Shown here: positions 36,831 to 46,105 of the stretch, one piece after another | How the letters are laid out: every line of letters starts with the position of its first letter | Position numbering within the stretch: position 1 is the stretch's first letter | Origin: a candidate division FCPU426 bacterium | GTDB lineage: Bacteria; Oederibacteriota; Muellerivitia; Muellerivitales; Muellerivitaceae | Direction of reading: 5' to 3' | Assembly (NCBI GenBank): GCA_963771075.1 | Contig: CAVYSE010000028.1 | Location: 192,001 to 256,000 of the forward strand | DNA: 64,000 bases | Program-made: the position numbers and the translations under genes | Notes under the pieces: model-generated | Told to the model about the DNA's origin: nothing | Seen by the model: only the letters and a program-made list of their open reading frames with translations | The model's database searches: none

Positions 36831-38723
36831 TTACTTCTTCCCCTTAAACCCTTCCCCATCGTCGGGGATGATTCCCTTTTCCAACCACTCGTAAACGCCA
36901 TCCATCGCTTTAACGGACGCTTGGTTATCCTTGATATCCGTGTTCCAGCAGACCCCCAGGAAATAATTGTGTATACGGATGCGGGCCTGGCGGCAAAAAA
37001 GATCTGCCAGTTCCCGCGAACATTTGAATTCCGGGGTTTCGGCCTCCACCGCCAGGGCCTTGGCGCAACTGGCCGCCATGGCGAATAGTTCGGTCCCTAC
37101 CTCGACCAGGCGCCCTAAAATCATCTGCCGCCGCTCCAACTTGGGGCCGAACCGGATCATCTGGTGGAACAGCGTGCGGGCCAGCTTGCGGGAAGTCCTT
37201 TCGATGTATCTCATATGACCCGCTAGGTTGCCGTATTCTCCATAGCGGGGCCATATTCCCGTCGGCAGCCAAAGACGCAAATACCAAAAAGGATAAAACA
37301 GGGCGCAGGCCACCAGAGCCTTCAATTTTTGATTTATCGTGGATTTCGGGCTCAACAGGTCACCCGCCATCTTCATGTGCTTGTCCAAGGCTTCCCGGGC
37401 GATGAAGAGATGTTGTATCTCGCTCGTGCCTTCGATGATGCGGTTGATGCGCGCGTCGCGCATCATGCGTTCCACCGCGTAGCCCTTCTCGCCCCGGCCC
37501 CTTAAAGAGGGCGCGGTTTCATAGCCCCGCCCGCCCCGCAACTGCATCAGGTCGTCCAGGATCTTCCAGGACGCTTCCGAACAGAACAGCTTCGACATGG
37601 CGGCTTCCAGCCGGATATCCGCCCCGCCCTGATCGACCAGGGCGGAGGTGTAGTAGGTCATGCTTTCCTGCGCGTAGGTGGAACCGGCCATATTGGCGAT
37701 CTTGCTGGACCCCGCCTCATGCTTGCCGATGGGCTGGCCCCACTGCACCCTTTCCTTCCCCCAGAGCCGGGCGATATGCAAAGCCTGTTTGCTCATTCCC
37801 GCCGAGGCGGCGGGCAGGGTCAAGCGGCCGGTGTTCAGGGTGATCAGGGCCAGCTTTAGCCCCAGACCCTCGCCCCAGAGGATATTTTCCGAAGGGACTT
37901 TCACGTCCTTGAATTGGATAACCCCGTTCTGGATGGCGCGGATGCCCATGAAATCGCAACGGTGGGTGTATTCGATGCCGGGCATGCCTTTTTCCACGAT
38001 GAAAGCGGTGATCTGCTGTTTCTCCTTCCCATTCACGATCTTGGAGGGGGTGCGGGCCATGACCGCGATGTAATCCGCGACCAGGCCATTGGTACACCAT
38101 AGTTTCGAACCGTTGATCGTCCAGGTCTTGCCGTCAAGGGATGGCTCGGCGGTGGTCGTCAAATGGGCGGGGTCGCTGCCCACCTGGGGCTCGGTCAGGG
38201 CAAAGGCCGAGATGGCGCCTTTCGCGAACTTGGGGAAAAATTTTTTCTTTTGATCGTCGGTTCCGAATAGCTTCAGGGGCTGGGGAACCCCGATGGACTG
38301 GTGGGCGGAAAGCCACACGGCGGTGGACCCGCAATAGGAGGCTACCATCGCCACCGCGCGGTTGTAATTGACCTGGGACAGGCCCAGCCCGCCGTATTCC
38401 TTGGGGATCTTCATGCCCCAACAGCCCAGTTTAGCCAGGCCGTCCAGGACCTTTTGGGGAAGGAGTGTGGTCTTGTCCACTTCATCCGGGTCGAGGTTTT
38501 CCCTCAAGAAAGCCTCTAGGCGCCCCATGAACTCGTCGCCGACCGCCTTGTCCTCGGCGGATTGGAGGGGATAGGGAGAGATTAAATCGTCACGGAAGCG
38601 ACCCATGAAAAGCTCGGCCACGAAACTCGGCTGGGTCCATTCGGTTTCCCTGGCTCCCTCGGCGACTTCCAGTGATTCCTTTTCTTTTTCATTCAAGTGT
38701 TTGGCGGTATCGGCGACTCCCAT
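36831..38723 (-). CDS. Acyl-CoA dehydrogenase (long-chain type)
   Basis: IPKEYGGLG, AFALTEPQVGSD, NGSKLWCTNG, QLRGGRGYE and RDARINRIIEGTSEI motifs. Confidence 0.93.
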   Translation of the reverse strand: MGVADTAKHLNEKEKESLEVAEGARETEWTQPSFVAELFMGRFRDDLISPYPLQSAEDKAVGDEFMGRLEAFLRENLDPDEVDKTTLLPQKVLDGLAKLGCWGMKIPKEYGGLGLSQVNYNRAVAMVASYCGSTAVWLSAHQSIGVPQPLKLFGTDDQKKKFFPKFAKGAISAFALTEPQVGSDPAHLTTTAEPSLDGKTWTINGSKLWCTNGLVADYIAVMARTPSKIVNGKEKQQITAFIVEKGMPGIEYTHRCDFMGIRAIQNGVIQFKDVKVPSENILWGEGLGLKLALITLNTGRLTLPAASAGMSKQALHIARLWGKERVQWGQPIGKHEAGSSKIANMAGSTYAQESMTYYTSALVDQGGADIRLEAAMSKLFCSEASWKILDDLMQLRGGRGYETAPSLRGRGEKGYAVERMMRDARINRIIEGTSEIQHLFIAREALDKHMKMAGDLLSPKSTINQKLKALVACALFYPFWYLRLWLPTGIWPRYGEYGNLAGHMRYIERTSRKLARTLFHQMIRFGPKLERRQMILGRLVEVGTELFAMAASCAKALAVEAETPEFKCSRELADLFCRQARIRIHNYFLGVCWNTDIKDNQASVKAMDGVYEWLEKGIIPDDGEGFKGKK

Positions 38724-38829
38724 TTCGGCCCTCCTAGCGTGGAATAGAACGGCCTCTTAACGTCTATTTTAATCCTCCTGAGCGGGAAAGACCCCTTAGT
38801 TAAGGAAAAATCTCAATATTAATTTACAA

Positions 38830-39022
38830 GCAGTTTGCTGGTCGCTGGAAAGCCTTTTAAAGTCTGACTGCCGACTGCGAACCGTCTCCTGCAACGAAAC
38901 CACAAGGTTCGTTGCGTGTCTTGGTGATCCCTATTGCTAAGGCAATAGGGGCCGACTGCCAACTTCGAACACCCACCATAAACTGGGATTGCTCCGTGGC
39001 GAAATTTACCCCTCGCAATGAC
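38830..39022. repeat. Cluster of heptad repeats, two hairpins and a half REP-like element
   Basis: GACTGCC-type heptads; hairpins at 38891-38915 and 38929-38950; GGGATTGCTCCGTGGCG..CCCTCGCAATGAC at 38985-39022. Confidence 0.55.
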
Positions 39023-39087
39023 AGCAAAACAACCAATGGTTGAAAAAAGGGGTTTTCAAGCCCTGGGCCAGGGGATAAACTACACCT

Positions 39088-39309
39088 ATGAGAGCTTTCG
39101 CCAAACCCGAAGAAGCCGTGCCCTATACCTACACGGATTTTCCCGCGCCCGAGCGAGCGAAAATAGAATTTTCCTTCGCAGACAACCCCGCCTCCAAGAA
39201 GTTCGTTTTGTTCGACGCCGACGCAAACCGGATCCAAGACGCATCCCTTCCCGTTGTCCAAGGCCTCCTGCTTCAGGACTTCAAGGAAGTTATTTCCCGC
39301 GTTTCTTAA
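39088..39309 (+). CDS. Small hypothetical protein
   Basis: 73-aa ORF with a TAAACT -10 box 6 nt before the ATG; ends 12 nt before the next gene. Confidence 0.55.
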   Translation: MRAFAKPEEAVPYTYTDFPAPERAKIEFSFADNPASKKFVLFDADANRIQDASLPVVQGLLLQDFKEVISRVS

Positions 39310-39321
39310 TTTTTTTTAACC

Positions 39322-41265
39322 GTGGATTCCCTCCCGGAACCGCAACCTCCCCTTACGCTTTACAACCGGGCATTCAAACGCTTATCCCTTTTGCTATCCG
39401 ATCCCTGGGCCTGGACCCTTTCCCTATGCTTTGCCCTGGTGTTCCTCTTCGCCGCCCGCAAGAATCTTGATTTTGACCTGGGCTACCACCTGGCCTCGGG
39501 CCGGTGGATCCTCCAGCACTTGGATGTGCCTCGCCAGGATACCTTCACCTTCGGCGCGGCGGGCCATGAATACCTGGACAGCCAATGGCTTTACCAGGTT
39601 GGGATCTATCTCCTGGACCGCCTGGGCGGTTATCCCCTCGTTTCCCTCTCTCACCTTTCCCTCATCCTGCTAGCCTTCGCGCTCACCGCCGTGCGCATTT
39701 CCCTGGGCGGATGCCCGCGGTGGCTTCAGGCGGCGTTGGTCCTTCCAGCGATCCTGGGAATGGAGATCCGCTTCCTTGAGCGCCCCGAGCTTTTCTCATG
39801 GGTCTTCCTGGTCATGGTGCTTCTTTGTTTGGATCTCCACCGAAAGGGAAAAACGGGCGCCCTTTTCTTTTTGCCCGTGATCCATCTGGTCTGGGCCAAC
39901 GTGGAAGGCCTCTTTCCGCTGGGTTGGGTCGTGATCGGCGCCTACCTCATGACCTCCTATTTCGAACGGGGCCGTTTGGACCCGGCGCTGGTCAAGGCCC
40001 TATTGGCATCGGGGGCGGCGACCCTGGTCAATCCCTACGGATTCCGGGCCCTCTCCTTCCCCTTTCTCCTCCTTACCCGTTTTGACCCAGGTGGTTTTTT
40101 CAAAAAAGCCATCTCCGAATTCCAATCCCCCTGGACCGCCGCGGCCTCCCCCGATTCCCCGTTCTTTCCGGCCTTTCCCATCGACAGCTACCGGGTGGTC
40201 TCGATCCTATTTCTCCTGTTCATCCTCCTGACGATCCGCCGCCGCAAATTCCACGAATACGGCCTGGCCTTTTTTTTCTTCGCCCTCTCGGCCCTGGCCA
40301 TCCGGAACATTCCACTTTTTTTCCTTCCGGTTCTACCCACCGTGGCCAAGGCCGCGGCCGATTGCGCTTCCTTTACCCACGAAGGGGAAGGCCCCAAGGA
40401 ACGATGGACCCCTCCCCGGGGCCTGGGCCAGGGCATGGCCTTTATCGTCTTGCTCATCTGCCTGCGGGTGGGTACGGGGGCCTACTATGTTTCCGAAAGG
40501 CGAATCATCCACAACGGATGGGGAATGGACCCGGAGCACCTTCCCTTAAAGGTCTGCTCCTTTATCAGGCAAAACCACCTCTCGGCGCCCCTGCTGAACA
40601 GCATGGGATTCGGCGGTTTTATGGAATGGGAGACCCAGGCCGTTCCCTTCATCGACGGCCGGCTGGAGGTGATGGGTGAACCCCTGTTCCGGCAGTACGA
40701 GCTCAGTCACGCTCCCGGCGGATTGCAGACCCTTTCCCTCAACGCCAACTTCCAGGGGATCGTCTATGACCACATGATGGATATCCCCTGGACCAAACAG
40801 CTGCTCGATCTTGAGGGTTGGCGCATGATCTATCTGGACGACCTATCCGCCCTCTGGGCGGCGCCCGGATATGCCGTGAATCTTCCCACCGTCACGCCCC
40901 GGGACCTGGAGAAGGATTGGGGCGTCACGCCCCTGGACGAGGGAAAAACCATTTTTGACATCCATCACGGCCCGCGAAGCAGCCTGGGAGATTGGCTCAA
41001 CGGCTTTGTCTTTCCCCAGCAGTACCCCATGCCCTGCATGCGGCTGGGAAGCCTGGCCTATGAGATGGGAGATTACGAAAGCGCGAAGGATTATTTCTTG
41101 AGGGCCTTGGTCCTGTCAGGGGGGAGCTATTACGAGGTCTATTACAACCTGGCCTCGGCCTATGGAAAATTGGGCCAGAAAGACATGGCCCGTTACTGCT
41201 ACCAGTGCGTCTTGGACCTGTTCCCTTCCTGCCCGGGAGTGACGGCCCTCATCGCGGGCCTTTAA
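39322..41265 (+). CDS. Multi-TM membrane protein (probable GT-C fold) with C-terminal TPR
   Basis: DFDLGYHLASGRWI..D.F, RPELFS, LVWANVEG, NPYG, ISEFQSP and FIDGRLE motifs; TPR YYNLASAY. Confidence 0.7.
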   Translation: MDSLPEPQPPLTLYNRAFKRLSLLLSDPWAWTLSLCFALVFLFAARKNLDFDLGYHLASGRWILQHLDVPRQDTFTFGAAGHEYLDSQWLYQVGIYLLDRLGGYPLVSLSHLSLILLAFALTAVRISLGGCPRWLQAALVLPAILGMEIRFLERPELFSWVFLVMVLLCLDLHRKGKTGALFFLPVIHLVWANVEGLFPLGWVVIGAYLMTSYFERGRLDPALVKALLASGAATLVNPYGFRALSFPFLLLTRFDPGGFFKKAISEFQSPWTAAASPDSPFFPAFPIDSYRVVSILFLLFILLTIRRRKFHEYGLAFFFFALSALAIRNIPLFFLPVLPTVAKAAADCASFTHEGEGPKERWTPPRGLGQGMAFIVLLICLRVGTGAYYVSERRIIHNGWGMDPEHLPLKVCSFIRQNHLSAPLLNSMGFGGFMEWETQAVPFIDGRLEVMGEPLFRQYELSHAPGGLQTLSLNANFQGIVYDHMMDIPWTKQLLDLEGWRMIYLDDLSALWAAPGYAVNLPTVTPRDLEKDWGVTPLDEGKTIFDIHHGPRSSLGDWLNGFVFPQQYPMPCMRLGSLAYEMGDYESAKDYFLRALVLSGGSYYEVYYNLASAYGKLGQKDMARYCYQCVLDLFPSCPGVTALIAGL

Positions 41266-41365
41266 GCCCGGGTTTTCCTTTCGAATGAACGGACGTCAGG
41301 TTTGAATTCTTTTGATAAACAACATGAAATTAACAATAATCTCCATCCCGAACCCGGAAATATCA

Positions 41366-41395
41366 CGAAACGTTTGAAGGCGCCTGAGCGTCTAA
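41366..41395 (+). promoter_or_regulatory. ECF-sigma-type promoter
   Basis: CGAAAC-N17-CGTCTAA about 30 nt before the ATG at 41426. Confidence 0.45.
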
Positions 41396-41425
41396 TATTT
41401 ACAGATTATTAAAGGAGAGTTCACG

Positions 41426-42676
41426 ATGAAATCCACCCTGGCTTTGCTTGGTTTATTCGCTCTTTTGTTGATTCCCACCCTGGCTTCGGCCCAGATGACA
41501 TCCCAGGAATACGATCAATTGGGACAGGCGGTCTACCAGAAAGGCCTTTACGACAAGGCGGTAGTTTACTTCCAGCAAGCCACCCAGGCGGACCCCACCA
41601 ACGCCCAGGCCTTCGAGGATCTCGGCAACGCCTACATGAAACAGGGCAACCAATCCCAGGCCCTGCAAGCCTACCAGCAGAGCCTCCAGTTGAACCCGAA
41701 CAACACCACCTTGAAGGTAATGGTGGACAACATGAACAGCGCGAATAACACGGCCGCGCCGGCCCAAGCCCAAAACGAACCCGCCAATCCCCAGATGGAA
41801 CAATCGCCCGCCCAGGAAACTATTGTCATCCACCGGCGCCGGCCCAGGCCACAGCCAGAACCTGTCGTGAATTACAACGACAACCTGGCCCCCATGGACC
41901 ATGCCCGTGTCTGGACCAAGTTCGAGTTCGGGTACAACTATTCCCTTCAGGGGGATTTAACGGATAGCGCCACGAATGTCACGAACGAGAACAGTAACGG
42001 GACCCTCGCCGCCCAGGAATACGGTTTCACGAATGGCAGCGCCAGTATGCCCCTGGGAGGCTTGATGCTCGGTGGGGAACTGGGATTTTTGATCGACCCG
42101 AACGAGGGCATCGCCATTGGGGTCCGATACCTCCAGGCCAACGACTACAATTACAGCGCCTCCAACTCAGCTCCCTCGTCATTCGCGGGTTATCCCAGCG
42201 ATTTTTGGGCCACGACCTTGACCCCCTACGCGGTTCCCTTCACCCTCGACTATTACCTGTTCCTACCCGACCATAACGGCCGTTTCTTCATCACCGCCGG
42301 CGCCGGTTACTACGCGGGCACCGTCCAGGTGCAGGACAATTTCAGCGTGGTGAATTACACCGGGGATACCACTCAAAATGACAATCCGAACGGCGATTTG
42401 ACCGCCGGGAACATCGGCTTCGAATTCGGTATCGGACGGGATTTCGCGATCAACCGTAATTTCGGCATTTCCGTCTTCGCTCGCGGCCGGTACGCCAAGA
42501 TCACCCAATTCCAAGGCACCCTCAGTGACGGACAACAATGGGTCCTGGCCAAGTTCTCGGATGGAAGCGTGGATATTTGCGACCCCTCCCAGATCGGGTC
42601 GCATGGGATTTCCTACGCTACGGTGGACTTTACTGGCTTTGACATCGGCGCTTCCCTCAACTTCTACAGTTTCTGA
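41426..42676 (+). CDS. TPR-containing outer-membrane beta-barrel protein
   Basis: SD AAGGAG, signal peptide, N-terminal TPRs, beta-strand C-domain ending ASLNFYSF. Confidence 0.8.
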   Translation: MKSTLALLGLFALLLIPTLASAQMTSQEYDQLGQAVYQKGLYDKAVVYFQQATQADPTNAQAFEDLGNAYMKQGNQSQALQAYQQSLQLNPNNTTLKVMVDNMNSANNTAAPAQAQNEPANPQMEQSPAQETIVIHRRRPRPQPEPVVNYNDNLAPMDHARVWTKFEFGYNYSLQGDLTDSATNVTNENSNGTLAAQEYGFTNGSASMPLGGLMLGGELGFLIDPNEGIAIGVRYLQANDYNYSASNSAPSSFAGYPSDFWATTLTPYAVPFTLDYYLFLPDHNGRFFITAGAGYYAGTVQVQDNFSVVNYTGDTTQNDNPNGDLTAGNIGFEFGIGRDFAINRNFGISVFARGRYAKITQFQGTLSDGQQWVLAKFSDGSVDICDPSQIGSHGISYATVDFTGFDIGASLNFYSF

Positions 42677-42685
42677 ATTTAAGTC

Positions 42686-42723
42686 AAAAAAGGCCGTTTC
42701 CCTCACGGGGAGCGGCCTTTTTT
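42686..42723 (+). terminator. Rho-independent terminator
   Basis: AAAAAAGGCCGTTTCCC-TCAC-GGGGAGCGGCCTTTTTT. Confidence 0.85.
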
Positions 42724-42728
42724 ATTTC

Positions 42729-42755
42729 TGTAACTTCTTTTCTTATTAGCCGTAA
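42729..42755 (+). promoter_or_regulatory. ECF-sigma-type promoter of msrA
   Basis: TGTAAC-N16-CGTAA between the terminator and the SD of msrA. Confidence 0.6.
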
Positions 42756-42786
42756 TTATTGGCAAGAACTTTGAGGGGAGAACAAC

Positions 42787-43380
42787 ATGAAAGCTACCGC
42801 TTTAATCCTTTTCGCGGGGGCCCTGCTGGCCGCCTCGGCGTCTTTCGCCCAACCCAAAACCGAATCGGCGGTCTTCGCCGGGGGCTGTTTTTGGTGCATG
42901 ACCCCGCCTTTCGAGAAGCTCGCGGGGGTCCTGAAAGTAACCGCCGGTTATGCCGACGGGCAGGGGGAAAACCCCAACTATGACGATTACGGCGACAAAG
43001 GCTACACCGAGGGGGTTTCCATCCTTTACAACCCCGGGAAGATCACCTATGCCCAGCTGGTGGATGTCTTTTGGAAACAGATCAACCCGACCGACCCCAA
43101 CGGCCAGTTCGTGGACCGGGGACTCCATTACCGCGCGGCGGTCTTTTACATGAACGACAGCCAAAGGAAGGCCGCGGAAAAATCAAAGGCCGTCCTGGAT
43201 AAATCAGGAAAGTACGATCAGCCGATCGTAGTGCCCGTCAAGAAATTCACGAACTTCTACCCCGCCGAGGATTACCACCAGGATTTTTACAAGAAGAACC
43301 CGGTTCATTACAACCTTTACCACATGAATTCAGGCAGGGACGAGTATTTGGATTCGATCTGGGGCAAGGGGAACCACTGA
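42787..43380 (+). CDS. msrA: Exported peptide-methionine (S)-S-oxide reductase
   Basis: Signal peptide, FAGGCFWC, GQFVDRG and FYPAEDYHQDFY motifs. Confidence 0.95.
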   Translation: MKATALILFAGALLAASASFAQPKTESAVFAGGCFWCMTPPFEKLAGVLKVTAGYADGQGENPNYDDYGDKGYTEGVSILYNPGKITYAQLVDVFWKQINPTDPNGQFVDRGLHYRAAVFYMNDSQRKAAEKSKAVLDKSGKYDQPIVVPVKKFTNFYPAEDYHQDFYKKNPVHYNLYHMNSGRDEYLDSIWGKGNH

Positions 43381-43464
43381 CTTTTTGCCGGGACATGGTT
43401 GGAAATTGCTCCCAAACTTCTATAGGATGATCCCGCCTTCAATCTACCCTTGGGGAGCCCCGAC

Positions 43465-43935
43465 ATGGACATCGCCTTGATCGCCGTTCAATTCCTGCAT
43501 GTGTTGTTCGGCGCCATTCTCATCGGGAGCGCCGTCTACATGCATTTCGTGCTTTGGCCTGGGATCCTCTCGCGCCCTTCGGCGGAAGCCCGGGCCTTTT
43601 ACGAGGGCATCCTGAAAAAAACTAGCGTCCTGATGGCCTCCTCCGGGGGGATAACCTTCCTCCTGGGCATCCTGCGGGGAACCCTCCTGGGCCCCATCCA
43701 TTCCTTTTCCGATTTAGGGTCACCCTACGGGATCACCTTTTCCATCGCCCTCTTCGCCACCCTCGCCATGCTCATCCAAGGGCCCCGGATCGGCCCGACC
43801 CTCCTGAAAAAAGTCTGGAACGGGAACGCCTTCTCTCCCGAAGCCGCCCGAACCGTGAAGGTGATGAACCTCGTTCCGCTGTTGGCGATCCTGGTTATCC
43901 TTGCCTGCATGGTCCTGATGCATTTCAGCTATTAA
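43465..43935 (+). CDS. Hypothetical 4-TM membrane protein
   Basis: FLHVLFGAILIG N-terminus, four hydrophobic helices, SD GGGGAG. Confidence 0.7.
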   Translation: MDIALIAVQFLHVLFGAILIGSAVYMHFVLWPGILSRPSAEARAFYEGILKKTSVLMASSGGITFLLGILRGTLLGPIHSFSDLGSPYGITFSIALFATLAMLIQGPRIGPTLLKKVWNGNAFSPEAARTVKVMNLVPLLAILVILACMVLMHFSY

Positions 43936-44102
43936 CCCAACCTAAAATTCGGAAAGCGTTCTCCTTGCGCGCGAGCCCTTAAGGGGATGAAGGATTCAAT
44001 CGATTTCCCTTTTGGCTTCGGTTTTTCCTAGGCGGCACGTCAAAACTCTTTCTATATTAAAACCAGTTCAAATCGATCGGCCTTTACTCTGGAGCGCCAT
44101 TC

Positions 44103-44444
44103 ATGGATTCCCTGACCTACGAATTAAAAACCGTTCCCGGGCATAAGAACACCTTCTGCCTGGAACTGCGGGGTTTCCTTTATGCCGGCACCCTTCCCAC
44201 GGCCGCAGAGGCATTTCAGTCCATCCCCCTTTCCAAAACGCGGTTATTGCTGGATCTCACGGGCGTCCAGTACGTCAGCACGAGTGCTTGGAGCCGGATA
44301 CTGGAACTGCAGCAGCGGCTGAGGAACTCCGAGGGCGGAGTGGTCCTGTTCGGCCTCAAACCCGAGGTCCAGGATGGTTTCGAGTTCATGGAATTCAACA
44401 AGGTTTTGGAACACCACCCAAGCCGGGTGGAAGCCCTGCGCTAG
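44103..44444 (+). CDS. STAS-domain anti-sigma-factor antagonist
   Basis: LLDLTGVQYVSTSA...GGVVLFGL.PEV..FE motif. Confidence 0.85.
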   Translation: MDSLTYELKTVPGHKNTFCLELRGFLYAGTLPTAAEAFQSIPLSKTRLLLDLTGVQYVSTSAWSRILELQQRLRNSEGGVVLFGLKPEVQDGFEFMEFNKVLEHHPSRVEALR

Positions 44445-44658
44445 TGGGTTGTTGAGAAAGTCCTGGTACGGACTGTTGCAACTGACACCTAATACGGTAC
44501 CCCGCGATTCCAACGTGCCACCCCTCAATTTAATTTACGTAGAGGGTGGTACAGTACCCTTTGGGTACAAAAATCTTTGAATGAGCAGGCCGCTTTTAGC
44601 CGATTACTAAATTAATGAAATCGGTATGCGGCCTTTTTTATTTTCAGCAGCCTGCCAG
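44441..44658. mobile_element. Degenerate MITE-like element
   Basis: Left end CTAGTGGGTTGTTGAGAAA and right end TTTTCAGCAGCCTGCCAG form imperfect terminal inverted repeats; several internal hairpins; no transposase. Confidence 0.5.
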
Positions 44659-44701
44659 GGTTTTACTTGCCCTTCCCGGTTTGAAACCGTAAGCTTCCTT
44701 C

Positions 44702-45472
44702 GTGATCGCGCGTTTTTTCCTTTCCTTTTTTTTATTCGGCTTGTTTTTCCCTCCCGTTTGGGGGGAAGAGGATCTCCGTTCGGGACAACGGGCCCTTTTA
44801 GAGCGGAATTATCCCCTCGCCTTTTCTTATTTCCACCATAGCGCCCAAAAAGGCGACCCGGCGGGGGAGTGCGCCCTCGGCTTGATGTACGAGAACGGCT
44901 ACGGGGTAGAGAAGGATTACACCCAGGCCAAGGTTTGGTTCGAGCGGTCCGCCCGCAAGGGCGATCCGAGCGGGCAGAACAACTTGGGCTGGCTTTACCG
45001 CTATGGAAAGGGCGTCCCGCGCGACAATAAAACGGCCCTGGGCTGGTTCATCAAGGCAGCCGGGCAAGGCTTGGCCTCGGCCCAGCTCAACCTTGCCCTG
45101 ATGGCCGCCCGGGGCGAGGGGATGAAAAAGGACGCCGGACTGGCCTATATCTGGTTCGAGAAGGCCGCCCTCCAGGGCGACGACGAGGCCCAGGTCAACC
45201 TGGGGCAAATGCTGTCCTTGGGGGAGGGAACACCCAAGGACCTGGTGGAATCCTACAAGTGGTTCGCGGTGGCTTCCAAACACCCCGACTTAAGTGGGGA
45301 CAAGATGGATGAAATCCACGACGATTTGGAGTGGCTGGAAAAACACATGACGGGGGACCAGGTACGCGAGGCCCAAAAGAAGGCCGACCGGTTCAAGGCC
45401 GACTCCGTGGAGGCGGACCTGCCGACGCCCACTCCGCCGCCGAATGAGGAACGAAAGGCCATTCACCCATGA
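44702..45472 (+). CDS. Sel1-repeat protein
   Basis: Signal peptide and repeated LG.MY..G.GV.KD...A..WF..AA..G units. Confidence 0.92.
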   Translation: MIARFFLSFFLFGLFFPPVWGEEDLRSGQRALLERNYPLAFSYFHHSAQKGDPAGECALGLMYENGYGVEKDYTQAKVWFERSARKGDPSGQNNLGWLYRYGKGVPRDNKTALGWFIKAAGQGLASAQLNLALMAARGEGMKKDAGLAYIWFEKAALQGDDEAQVNLGQMLSLGEGTPKDLVESYKWFAVASKHPDLSGDKMDEIHDDLEWLEKHMTGDQVREAQKKADRFKADSVEADLPTPTPPPNEERKAIHP

Positions 45473-45999
45473 ACCTCTACTTCCGGCTGCTCATCCGCCT
45501 ATGGATGACATGGATAAAACCCCGTCCCCTGGGCCTGTTGGATACCTCCGAGTTGCCGGGCCGGGTCTGGCCGATGGACCTGGATACTAACCTTCACATG
45601 AACAACGGCCGTTACCTGTCCCTGATGGATCTGGGGCGGCTCGACCTGGTGGCCCGGGCGGGACTTCTTGGCGCCATCCTGCGAAACCACTGGTATCCCG
45701 TTTTGGGTGCCGCCCGGATCGACTATTTCCACCCCCTGAAGCCCTTCCGTTCCTATGTCCTAAAAACCAGGTTCGTGGCCTGGGACGAGAAGTGGCTTTA
45801 CCTTCGCCAGGAATTCTTTTCCGGAGGAAAAACCTGCGCCGTGGCCTATGTCCAGGGCCTGTTCCTGGGTCCCCAAGGAAAGGTTTCCACGGAGGAATTT
45901 TTTTCGGTCCTTAACTTTCACGAGCCCTCCCCTCCCTTTCCAGCGGACCTGGCTGAATGGCGCCGCCCCGTCCAGGGCCCGGCTCCTCCGCTTCCCTAG
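45469..45999 (+). CDS. Hotdog-fold acyl-CoA thioesterase
   Basis: DLDTNLHMNNGRYL..MDLGR motif. Confidence 0.9.
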   Translation: MNLYFRLLIRLWMTWIKPRPLGLLDTSELPGRVWPMDLDTNLHMNNGRYLSLMDLGRLDLVARAGLLGAILRNHWYPVLGAARIDYFHPLKPFRSYVLKTRFVAWDEKWLYLRQEFFSGGKTCAVAYVQGLFLGPQGKVSTEEFFSVLNFHEPSPPFPADLAEWRRPVQGPAPPLP

Positions 46000-46105
46000 G
46001 AGAATCAATCCAGGAAAATGATTTCCTGTTACGTCGGGGTTAATTTCCATTTCGACGGTCCTGAAAGTTATTCTTTTTTATTTATTTGTTCCATACTAGA
46101 CAGGT

